Positions 1 to 7,515 of a stretch of DNA of 64,000 nucleotides are shown one piece after another. Made by a program: the position numbers and the translations under genes. Under the pieces are notes generated by a model. That model saw nothing but the letters and a program-made list of their open reading frames with translations, ran no database searches and was not told the origin of the DNA. The DNA is from Cyanobacteria bacterium auto_48_18 (GTDB taxonomy: Bacteria > Cyanobacteriota > Vampirovibrionia > Obscuribacterales > Obscuribacteraceae): the NCBI GenBank assembly GCA_036170915.1, contig JAVHQC010000022.1:32001-96000 (forward strand), written 5' to 3'. The stretch's first letter is position 1, and each line of letters starts with the position of its first letter.

Positions 1-259
1 CACTTTTGGCCATACCATGCAGCCATTTTTGCATAGTCAGATAGGTTTGCACTTCGGTGCTGAAACTGAGATGCAAAATAGCGAACGGTTCAGCAGGCAG
101 TTTTGCCAGAGTTTCTTTGATTGCGTCTTCGCGGTTGGCATAGCCTGTGAGAATCTTTCCTGCGGCATTGAGCAAGCCGTTTTTGAAAGAGCCTTCGCGA
201 TCGCAAAAAATCGATTTAGCGGTTGAGCCGATGGTCGGCACATAAATTACGGTTTTCAT
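1..259 (-). CDS. hypothetical protein, partial (runs off left edge)
   Basis: Open frame from ATG at 259 (MKTVIYVPTIGSTAKSIFCDREGSFKNG...) to the window edge with an A-rich leader; not in the supplied ORF track. Confidence 0.7.
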   Translation of the reverse strand, partial: MKTVIYVPTIGSTAKSIFCDREGSFKNGLLNAAGKILTGYANREDAIKETLAKLPAEPFAILHLSFSTEVQTYLTMQKWLHGMAKS

Positions 260-323
260 GATTTGCTTTTTTTGTTTGAGAATTGTTTTGACTTTCGAGC
301 CGAGATTGAAGAGCGATCAGAAT

Positions 324-503
324 TCAGGGCTGCATGTACGGCCGGTAGAGGCGCCTTAGCACACAGAAGCCAGCCAGGTAGAAGACCACTCCCAGAAGGG
401 GGCCCAACGTGCCCAGTGTGCAGAGCCAGATCGAGATGAAGACCACAATAACAACGCCAAGTATGGCGCCGAGCATCAATGCGATGTACTTGAGATAGAG
501 CAT
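324..503 (-). CDS. small membrane protein (59 aa, 2 TM)
   Basis: ATG at 503 (MLYLKYIALMLGAILG...) after leader ATTCACTAAAAAAATAGAC; two hydrophobic segments. Confidence 0.6.
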   Translation of the reverse strand: MLYLKYIALMLGAILGVVIVVFISIWLCTLGTLGPLLGVVFYLAGFCVLRRLYRPYMQP

Positions 504-724
504 GTCTATTTTTTTAGTGAATGAAACAGGCGTGCACCGGTTTCTCAAAAACTAAGAGAAAAAGCGAAGAGATTGGAGCTAATACTTACTTTGCTTGCTG
601 AGAAAGAGGCTTAGACCTGGTATTTCTTTAATTGGAGAATATGCTTTCACCCTACGTACAATGGCGGCTGGCTACAAGGCAATATTGCCGCTAATGCAGC
701 ATTTAAGAGCAATTCCTTACTGCT

Positions 725-750
725 CAACTGAGTTACTTAACAATAGCGCC
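725..750 (+). repeat. left copy of 26-bp inverted repeat
   Basis: CAACTGAGTTACTTAACAATAGCGCC; 25/26 identical to the reverse complement of 7386-7411. Confidence 0.9.
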
Positions 751-756
751 TTGCAG

Positions 757-2028
757 TTAGTCGGGTTGCGCCTCGCGCGCCTTGGCTAAATCTGCTTCGG
801 CATGTTTTTCATCTTTCATCAGACGATAGAGATGAGCGCGACCTTGATAGGCTTCTTTGGCGGCGTTAGGAGAGCGATTGATTGCTGCGGTGTAGTCGGC
901 CATGGCTTTGTCATATTGCTTGAGGGCTTCGTATGACTGAGCGCGCCCGATGCGGCTTGGTTCAGAATCTGGATTGGCTTTTAGGGCGTGGGTAAATTCT
1001 GCGATTGCTTTAGGATACTGTTTGCCCATAGCCTGATAAATGGCGCCGCGTGTCTCGTAGGCGACGTTTAAATCTGGATTTTCGGCAATAACTAAATTGG
1101 CATCAGCCATGGCTTGTGCCAATTTTTTTGTTTTCCGGTAGCAATCCGCTCGCAACAGCAGGGCCACGGCGCGATCGTTTTTGGCGATGGTCTTCGTGGA
1201 GCTAACTGATTCTGCTTTCTTGCATTGCTCGATTACCGAGCCGGCATCTTTGATGGCGGCAACATAGTTTTTCTGTTTGTAGTAACTGATGGCTCGCTTT
1301 AACTCGGCTCTGCGTCCCAGTGTTTGATCCGAATCTGTTTTTCCTAACTTGATGGCTTGGTTGAAGTGCTCGATTGCTTTTTTCTGATCGGCTGATTTTT
1401 GTAAAAGGTTACCGATATGTAGATGCAGCGCTGCACTGGGTGTAGCAGCCACCTGTGCGGTGAGATAATCTATAGCACCTTTGATATTTCCTTCTCTTTC
1501 GAGATCATTGGCTTTGGTGTCGATCACATCAGTCAGCAGTTTTTGCTGACGGGCTGGGCGCAACTTGATGTATTGCTGCATGTCGGCATTGGCTTCTTTG
1601 AATTTGCCTTGTTTCCGATAAGCAATGGCTCTGTTGTGATAAGGCATGGGCGATTTAGGATTGAGCTTTATCGCCGTTGTGTAATCAGCTACAGCTTTGT
1701 CCATTTGATCGCTCATGGCATAACAAAATGCACGCCTGTCGTATGCGTCAGAAAGTTTGGCATCAAGGCGAATCGCTTCGTTAGCATCTTTCATTGCCAG
1801 GTCGTATTGATCAAGATCAACGTATTCAGCTGCCCGTTCAGCGAAAAATCCAGCATTGCCGGCCGCTTGTTTCTCAACAGACTTGAGAATCTGCATGGCA
1901 CTTGCCACTTTTTTTTCTTTTCGCAGCTTGTAGGCTTCGATGACGGCTTTGTCAACAATACGGTCTGCAAAGGCAGCTTGATTTGAAAATAGCAACGCTG
2001 CACAAACTAGGGCTACTTTGTTTCTCAA
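757..2028 (-). CDS. exported tetratricopeptide repeat protein
   Basis: Signal peptide (ALVCAALLFSNQAAFA); many TPR units (AVADYTTAIKLNP, AMADYTAAINRSP); GGAG before TTG start. Confidence 0.9.
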   Translation of the reverse strand: MRNKVALVCAALLFSNQAAFADRIVDKAVIEAYKLRKEKKVASAMQILKSVEKQAAGNAGFFAERAAEYVDLDQYDLAMKDANEAIRLDAKLSDAYDRRAFCYAMSDQMDKAVADYTTAIKLNPKSPMPYHNRAIAYRKQGKFKEANADMQQYIKLRPARQQKLLTDVIDTKANDLEREGNIKGAIDYLTAQVAATPSAALHLHIGNLLQKSADQKKAIEHFNQAIKLGKTDSDQTLGRRAELKRAISYYKQKNYVAAIKDAGSVIEQCKKAESVSSTKTIAKNDRAVALLLRADCYRKTKKLAQAMADANLVIAENPDLNVAYETRGAIYQAMGKQYPKAIAEFTHALKANPDSEPSRIGRAQSYEALKQYDKAMADYTAAINRSPNAAKEAYQGRAHLYRLMKDEKHAEADLAKAREAQPD

Positions 2029-2152
2029 TTTTTCTCCAGGGCGATGCGGCTATTATTTTAGCGCATAAGCCAAAATTGCAACGGAGACCGGCTAGTCAAA
2101 GGCATCCATACTACTATGCGGATGCGTAGATGATGGCTTTTTAAAAGATAAA

Positions 2153-2191
2153 AGTAAAAAAGAGGTTGATTGGTTCAACCTCTTTTTTACT
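2153..2191. terminator. bidirectional intrinsic terminator
   Basis: Perfect 17-bp inverted repeat AGTAAAAAAGAGGTTGA-N5-TCAACCTCTTTTTTACT just after the stop at 2199. Confidence 0.8.
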
Positions 2192-2198
2192 GAATACA

Positions 2199-2468
2199 TC
2201 AATCTTTGTCGCGAATGTATTCAACCACCAGGACGATGATGAAAGGCAGTAAGAATCGCCATTGCATACCAAAGATGGCAAAGGCAATTAGTGCCAGGGC
2301 GTTGTAGACAAAAGATGTTATAGCCGCTCTTGCAACCTTTTTAGCATTGGCCTGCTTAATCCAATCGAGCGGGATGATTGGACGCACAAAGCGCAGGACG
2401 GGCTTACTGACAAAGTAAACGATAACCAGCGCAAGGATAGCCAGAACGAGTGATGCGATTGAGTTCAT
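2199..2468 (-). CDS. small membrane protein (89 aa, about 3 TM)
   Basis: ATG at 2468 (MNSIASLVLAIL...) after A-rich leader; hydrophobic segments. Confidence 0.7.
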   Translation of the reverse strand: MNSIASLVLAILALVIVYFVSKPVLRFVRPIIPLDWIKQANAKKVARAAITSFVYNALALIAFAIFGMQWRFLLPFIIVLVVEYIRDKD

Positions 2469-2549
2469 GTTTTTGATTTGTTTTTTTTGTGAATTAAAAG
2501 AGGAGTTGAACATCGGTTCAACTCCCGGTTCTCTAATAACGTAGTAGCG

Positions 2550-3347
2550 CTAATTCAAATTAACGGTTAGCCAGGGCAAGTTTTTCTGCACGAGCTCGCT
2601 GATGAGCCCGCTAACTACAGCTGCAGCTGTCATTCTGGCGGTTTTGTACTCATTGCTTTTCTGCAGTCCGTTGAGGTCTGGTGTATTCATCCCGGTCCTC
2701 AACATCTGGCCGGTTCGCCAGCTCAATGATACTAACTGACCGGCTGTAACCAGGTCACAGGCGCAGGAGCAGATTGAAGCGATTGTCAATGCCTCGTTGT
2801 CGTCGCGCCTGATGGCGTCTTTCTGAAAAGTAGCGGCGAAACGGTCTGCCAGGAGCCACGCTGCTCTCAAGCGTGCACGTTGGCTTCTGTCGGCTTCTTC
2901 GGCAATGACATGCAGATAGTCCTGTTTGCCTCTTGAGTGAACAGGCAGACAGAGTAATTTGTCGTCGGTCATTTCCAGCAATGCTGCGTTATGCAGTGCG
3001 GTTTGCCGTTGCGCCATGATTTTGCCCAAAAGTGCATTAACGGCGTTCAGTCCTTCAGCCACTCCTAGTGAGCGAGCAATGCGATACTCCCACTGTTCAC
3101 TGTCGGGCAGCTCTTCCATTTTCTTCAGCTCGCGAAAGGCAACGTCAAGTTCAGTGTCGATGCATGTGGACAAGTCGTTTGCCATGTCGGTCAGGCAGAG
3201 GCCGATGAAGAAATAGATACGCGCCTTCTTGTCGGCGGGAATTTCTGCTTTAGCAAAGACGTTCTTGAATTCGCGAATATGCATCCGCTGGTGGTCGTTT
3301 TGAACCCGTACCAGGAAAAGCTGGCGGTGAGCGATTCTTTCGTTCAT
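2550..3347 (-). CDS. hypothetical helical protein
   Basis: 265-aa ORF, A-rich leader, no recognisable motif. Confidence 0.75.
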   Translation of the reverse strand: MNERIAHRQLFLVRVQNDHQRMHIREFKNVFAKAEIPADKKARIYFFIGLCLTDMANDLSTCIDTELDVAFRELKKMEELPDSEQWEYRIARSLGVAEGLNAVNALLGKIMAQRQTALHNAALLEMTDDKLLCLPVHSRGKQDYLHVIAEEADRSQRARLRAAWLLADRFAATFQKDAIRRDDNEALTIASICSCACDLVTAGQLVSLSWRTGQMLRTGMNTPDLNGLQKSNEYKTARMTAAAVVSGLISELVQKNLPWLTVNLN

Positions 3348-3397
3348 GTTTGTGCATTTTTAAAGTGTTAAACAATCAAGTAACTGCTGAATGCACG

Positions 3398-3652
3398 TTA
3401 CGAAACAGGCTGAATCAGGTAATAATTCCCGTCGCTGTGGTCAGGTACTAGGTCATATTTCCAGCCTTGGCTTTCAATTTCAGCCAGTAGTTTTGCTTCC
3501 GTTTTTTTCGTTTTGAAAGCGCTTTGACTGAAGGTAAAAGCCTTTCCACCTTTTTGCAGAGCAATAGCAATAAGGATGCGCCTGATATAGGTGGTATTGG
3601 TCTCTTTTTTGTGCGCAGCCCGAGCCTCGGCTGGTGTTGGAAATGTGTTCAT
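3398..3652 (-). CDS. small hypothetical protein (84 aa)
   Basis: ATG at 3652 (MNTFPTPAEARAA...) avoids overlap with the upstream gene. Confidence 0.65.
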   Translation of the reverse strand: MNTFPTPAEARAAHKKETNTTYIRRILIAIALQKGGKAFTFSQSAFKTKKTEAKLLAEIESQGWKYDLVPDHSDGNYYLIQPVS

Positions 3653-3737
3653 AATACAAATTACATTTGTGATGCTGGAAGCATAGTTTGCTCCCAGCAT
3701 CATTTGAAAAATGTTGTTACTAAATCGGAGGCTAATC

Positions 3738-4634
3738 TCAATTGTTGCGAGGGCCAGCGGGGCCTGGTTGCGGACTATCTGACGACGGTGCACGATGACC
3801 TTGCTTCTCCACTTCGGTAATTGAGCCGTAAGCCATAAATGCATCGCGTACCATAGAGTTGCATGCACCAGCTACGGTGGCGGCGGTCATGGCATAGGCT
3901 AGCAGCCACTGCTTGCGAACGCCGGCGTCTTTGGGTGACAAATCGCCAATCATAGCTATGGTGTTGATAGAGACATCAGCAAGGCTCACGGCCTGAGCAA
4001 TTACCTTTTTGCCAAAGTCGATAATTTCGCGCAAAGTTTGCACTTGCACTCGACCTTCAAATGATTGGTCTTCAGGCACGAAATAATTGGCGCTGACCTC
4101 GTTTGAGCAAATGGAAAGCTCTCCGACGATTGAATCGACCACGTTCCGCAGCATCTTCAGTTGTGCATTGACTGCACCATCGTGCGGTCCCATAGCTTCA
4201 TTTGAAACCTTCTCCTCTCCGCGGCTGAGGTTACCTACAATAAAGGTGCTTGCATGCAGCATAAATCCATTTACCCGGCTCAAAAGTTCGTTACCGATGA
4301 TTTGCGCGTGAGCCAACACCTTGATTTTAACCAGCGCTTCAATAATGAGCCGTTCTTTCTCAGTGTCGTCATTGGTGGCATAAACTTGCCCACTTAATGA
4401 CGTTACTTGTTGGCTCAAATCGCCGCATTGTATTTGCAACCAATCGCGCTGGTCCAGTACTTTCAAGCCAGCGTTAATCAGCACAGCCGTGCGGTGGTCA
4501 TGCTGTTCCGCTTGGAAGCCTTTGAGTATTTGCCTCAGCGCACTGCCCTGCGAATCAAGCTCTATGTGTGAAGAGCCGCGGTGCGAGAGCGAGAGCACCA
4601 TCATTAAGTCTGTTATTTTTTCTTTGCTAAACAT
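3738..4634 (-). CDS. hypothetical helical protein, possible paralogue of 2550-3347
   Basis: 298-aa ORF; C-terminal QxVSL...MTAAxV motif shared with 2550-3347. Confidence 0.75.
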   Translation of the reverse strand: MFSKEKITDLMMVLSLSHRGSSHIELDSQGSALRQILKGFQAEQHDHRTAVLINAGLKVLDQRDWLQIQCGDLSQQVTSLSGQVYATNDDTEKERLIIEALVKIKVLAHAQIIGNELLSRVNGFMLHASTFIVGNLSRGEEKVSNEAMGPHDGAVNAQLKMLRNVVDSIVGELSICSNEVSANYFVPEDQSFEGRVQVQTLREIIDFGKKVIAQAVSLADVSINTIAMIGDLSPKDAGVRKQWLLAYAMTAATVAGACNSMVRDAFMAYGSITEVEKQGHRAPSSDSPQPGPAGPRNN

Positions 4635-4690
4635 CTGCTTTAAGCTTTAAATGGTGAATAAATAAAAGAGATTGCCGGCGGTGTTCCGCG

Positions 4691-5164
4691 TTACGCTTCA
4701 GCATCACCGAACAGAAGCTGCAACTGAGAAAGCAGCATTTGTTCAGAAATGACCGATTCTTCAAACAGCGCATGCGAAGGGTTACCGAGCACCGGGGTGT
4801 CATAACCAATCATAATGCCCGAAAGAAGACCGGAACTGAGGAAGTTTTCGACCTGCTGGCCCTGCACCACTGGTACTTGTTCTGCCGTAATCATCGAGCG
4901 CAAGATGGCGGTTTGCACCAGATCTGACTGAGGGACCTCTGCTGTAAGACTGTCGTAGTCAGCTTCAGACAAGGCACTGAAAGTCAGCACCGCGGCCAAT
5001 ACCATTGAGCGGCTGCATTCGCGAGCAAGCCTCTGGCTCTGGTAATCAGTTAAGAAGCAATTAGCGGCTGCGACCAGTTGTTCGTTGTTGTACTTTGCGA
5101 GTTGAGCAATCATGATTGTAAGTTTTGTGCACAATGAGTCATCGTCATCGTGCTGGTTAAACAA
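4691..5164 (-). CDS. hypothetical protein
   Basis: 157-aa ORF filling the gap in a co-oriented gene run; TTG start. Confidence 0.65.
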   Translation of the reverse strand: MFNQHDDDDSLCTKLTIMIAQLAKYNNEQLVAAANCFLTDYQSQRLARECSRSMVLAAVLTFSALSEADYDSLTAEVPQSDLVQTAILRSMITAEQVPVVQGQQVENFLSSGLLSGIMIGYDTPVLGNPSHALFEESVISEQMLLSQLQLLFGDAEA

Positions 5165-5208
5165 ATTTTTTAAAAGCTTTTCCCTTCTTAGGAATTAAAA
5201 TTGGAGGC

Positions 5209-5260
5209 TAACCAATGAACCAGATTTGCGGCTAACTGCCCAAGTCTGATCCATTGGTTA
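5209..5260 (-). other. long intergenic RNA stem-loop after the S1-like gene
   Basis: TAACCAATGGATCAGA...TCTGGTTCATTGGTTA on the minus strand; 16-bp stem including G-U pairs. Confidence 0.6.
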
Positions 5261-5275
5261 TTCCCCAAAGGCAAT

Positions 5276-6484
5276 TTACTTCTTCAGATAATCTGCCATT
5301 TGCCTGCGACCCAGAGCAATACGTGAGCCATCAGCTTCCATGCTCAGAATCACCACTTCTGTCTGCTGGCCAGGCTGGAAAGTTTCTTTCTTGCCACCAG
5401 CAGTGTTACCCAGGTCGCTTACGTGCAACAGCCCTTCAACACCGTCTCCAATGTGAACAAAGTAACCGTAGACTTTCGCTCTAAGAATTTGCGCTGCAAC
5501 AACCATGCCGGGTTCCAGCATTTTTAGTGTGCGTTTCTTGCCAAGCGATTTCATCGAGAACGAGATGCGCTGTAATTCCGGCTGTACTTTGGTTACTTCC
5601 ATTTCGATGGTTTCACCGATTTTCAGCACTTCGTTGGCTTTGTTGCGTGGATAGCCTGCTACTTCGGTGCGGTAAATAAGACCGGTGATGCCGTTGCCGA
5701 TAGTCACCAGAACACTCATGTCGATGTCGTTCTTCGCGGCTTTGATGAACTTAATTACGGTGCCGGTTACTGCATCTCCAGGGCTGTAGCTGGCGATTTC
5801 TTTGCTCAAATTTTCTTTGGCAGCATCTCTCTGGCTTAAAACCAGGTAGCCGAATTCACCGCCTTTATGCGGATCAACGCCCTGAATCTTGGCGGTTATC
5901 ACCGTGTCCACCATGGCCTCGGCGTCAGTGCCAGGGTTCAGTTCACTGTTAGGAATAAATCCACGCACACCTTTCAGCCCGTCCGATTCAAAGACAACTC
6001 TTAAACCGGCCGCCCTCCTCGTGCGCCTGTCGGTTGCCAGAGCGAATACTCTTACGCTTACTTGCTCGCCGGCTTCGTTGATTTCTTTCAACTTTTCCCA
6101 TGCTTTGGCCTGCACATGTGATGCGGTAACGATGCCTTCGTCATTCTTGTCTGAGGTGACAAAGAAGGTTTCGTTGTCTCCGATTTCCAGGTTGCCGGCT
6201 TCTGCAGCAGGAATGAACGCATCGTACTTAAGGCCGATGTTGATGAAGATACCCTTCTTGTTCTTGATGGTCACTTCACCTTGAATGAAATCTTTGCGGC
6301 CAGGATTGGCTGCAATGTTTCTGCCTTCAAGAAGTGCCGTCATCTGCTCATGCTGCAGGGCTGCGGTTTCCAGTTCACCAGGTTCAAGGAATGCAGGGTC
6401 GATTGTTTTCAGGCGATCGTAACCGAACAGTTTTCTGTTTGCATTTTTGGTTTTCTTTGCTGTTTTTGCATTTGCGTTTGCCAT
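5276..6484 (-). CDS. rpsA: ribosomal protein bS1-like protein, about 4 S1 domains, divergent (possible paralogue)
   Basis: S1 repeats: GIFINIGLKYDAFIP, GVRGFIPNSEL, GITGLIYRTEV...LKIGETIEMEV...RISFSMK, YGYFVHIGDGVEGLLHVSDL...RIALGRRQ. Confidence 0.8.
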   Translation of the reverse strand: MANANAKTAKKTKNANRKLFGYDRLKTIDPAFLEPGELETAALQHEQMTALLEGRNIAANPGRKDFIQGEVTIKNKKGIFINIGLKYDAFIPAAEAGNLEIGDNETFFVTSDKNDEGIVTASHVQAKAWEKLKEINEAGEQVSVRVFALATDRRTRRAAGLRVVFESDGLKGVRGFIPNSELNPGTDAEAMVDTVITAKIQGVDPHKGGEFGYLVLSQRDAAKENLSKEIASYSPGDAVTGTVIKFIKAAKNDIDMSVLVTIGNGITGLIYRTEVAGYPRNKANEVLKIGETIEMEVTKVQPELQRISFSMKSLGKKRTLKMLEPGMVVAAQILRAKVYGYFVHIGDGVEGLLHVSDLGNTAGGKKETFQPGQQTEVVILSMEADGSRIALGRRQMADYLKK

Positions 6485-6665
6485 GTTGTTTAAAATTAGT
6501 GCTCGTCAGAGCGTTTAAAAATAAAGCCCCTGTGCATCGTTAATTGCTTAACGCCGCAGTTTTACGCCATTTGCACCTCGAGTTACGAGTTACAGAGTCG
6601 TCTTCAGGTGGGGATAACTGAATGTTTTCAATAAAAGAAAATTGTGTGTTTAGAGACCGAACCGA

Positions 6666-6953
6666 CTAATTGCTGTGCTTATCGACAATCAGTTTTTGCA
6701 GTTGACGTTTTGCCCGTGCAGGTAAATGCTTGCCGAAGCTAAGACCACTATTCAGCAGTTTGCCGAATTTGGTGTCTTCATTTGTAAGCTGTGAAGCGTG
6801 AGCAAAAATCTCCTTAGCGCTAACCGGGTATTTGACGGCAAAGAGCACTTCTTCTTTTTGCTGTTTGCGTTTGCGATTTACGTAGGTAGCGTGACCAACA
6901 ATTAAGGCGGTGGCGGCGAAGGCCAGAAGGGCGATGAAATTACTACTTTTCAT
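6666..6953 (-). CDS. small protein with N-terminal membrane anchor
   Basis: 95 aa; hydrophobic N-terminus followed by a basic stretch. Confidence 0.65.
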   Translation of the reverse strand: MKSSNFIALLAFAATALIVGHATYVNRKRKQQKEEVLFAVKYPVSAKEIFAHASQLTNEDTKFGKLLNSGLSFGKHLPARAKRQLQKLIVDKHSN

Positions 6954-7385
6954 GACTGAAATTTTTGAGGTGAATAAATGTTTGAAATCTGTTTGAAAAT
7001 TGCTGACACTTTCCCATCTCCTCAGACGGAAGATTCGGATATGCGGTGGTGGCAGTGACTTGGGTTTTGAAGGTTTTTTTTGAATCTTGCGGAGAGGTGG
7101 TGATTGAGTTATGTCACTACCCTAATGCTGCAGCGCTGTAGATCAAAGGAATTTTGGGCCGTTACTCGCTCAGACCGAAGGCAAGCAAAAAAGGCACAGG
7201 CGCCTCAATGCCGCTGCGGGGCCAGTTTTACCTCTTTAATAGAAGAATATCTGTGGGCATCTTCCCATGGCCTTTTGCCTTTGTAAACTGACTTGGATGC
7301 TGCTAAACAGCAGGCTGGCGGAGACTTGACCCGCTGACTAAAGTGCGCGAAATTCCACCGTCTGGGCGTTTCCTTTGTGTGATAT

Positions 7386-7411
7386 GGCGCTAATGTTAAG
7401 TAACTCAGTTG
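7386..7411 (-). repeat. right copy of 26-bp inverted repeat
   Basis: Minus strand reads CAACTGAGTTACTTAACATTAGCGCC; one mismatch to 725-750. Confidence 0.9.
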
Positions 7412-7515
7412 CGGGAGGCGCTCAACAGTTGTTGGCAGGGCCTTTTAAGATCTTTCGAGGGGCTCGGTGAGGGCCAGATCGTCGCGGGTTATAATGAAGG
7501 CTCCCGGGTTTATTC

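Noticed and set aside
1423..1986. 187-aa plus-strand ORF and the many other 60-160 aa antisense ORFs in the track
   Set aside because: They are shadows of well-supported genes on the opposite strand or frame and show no motifs.
7005..7065. Cobalamin riboswitch on - (GTCACTG...TGGGAAAG)
   Set aside because: The remaining conserved elements (AGGGAA..GGTG, CCCGC.ACTGT, B12 box) are not visible.
7310..7370. ZMP/ZTP riboswitch on + (GGCTGGCGGA...CCACCGTCTGGGCG)
   Set aside because: Only fragments match. The P2 stem and the GCC arm of P3 are missing, and the downstream gene is not in purine/folate metabolism. An Rfam scan would settle it.
7374..7401. dif/Xer site (TAATGTTAAGT resembles an XerD arm)
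   Set aside because: No XerC-like arm at the right spacing; conservation with the 725-750 copy extends on the other side.
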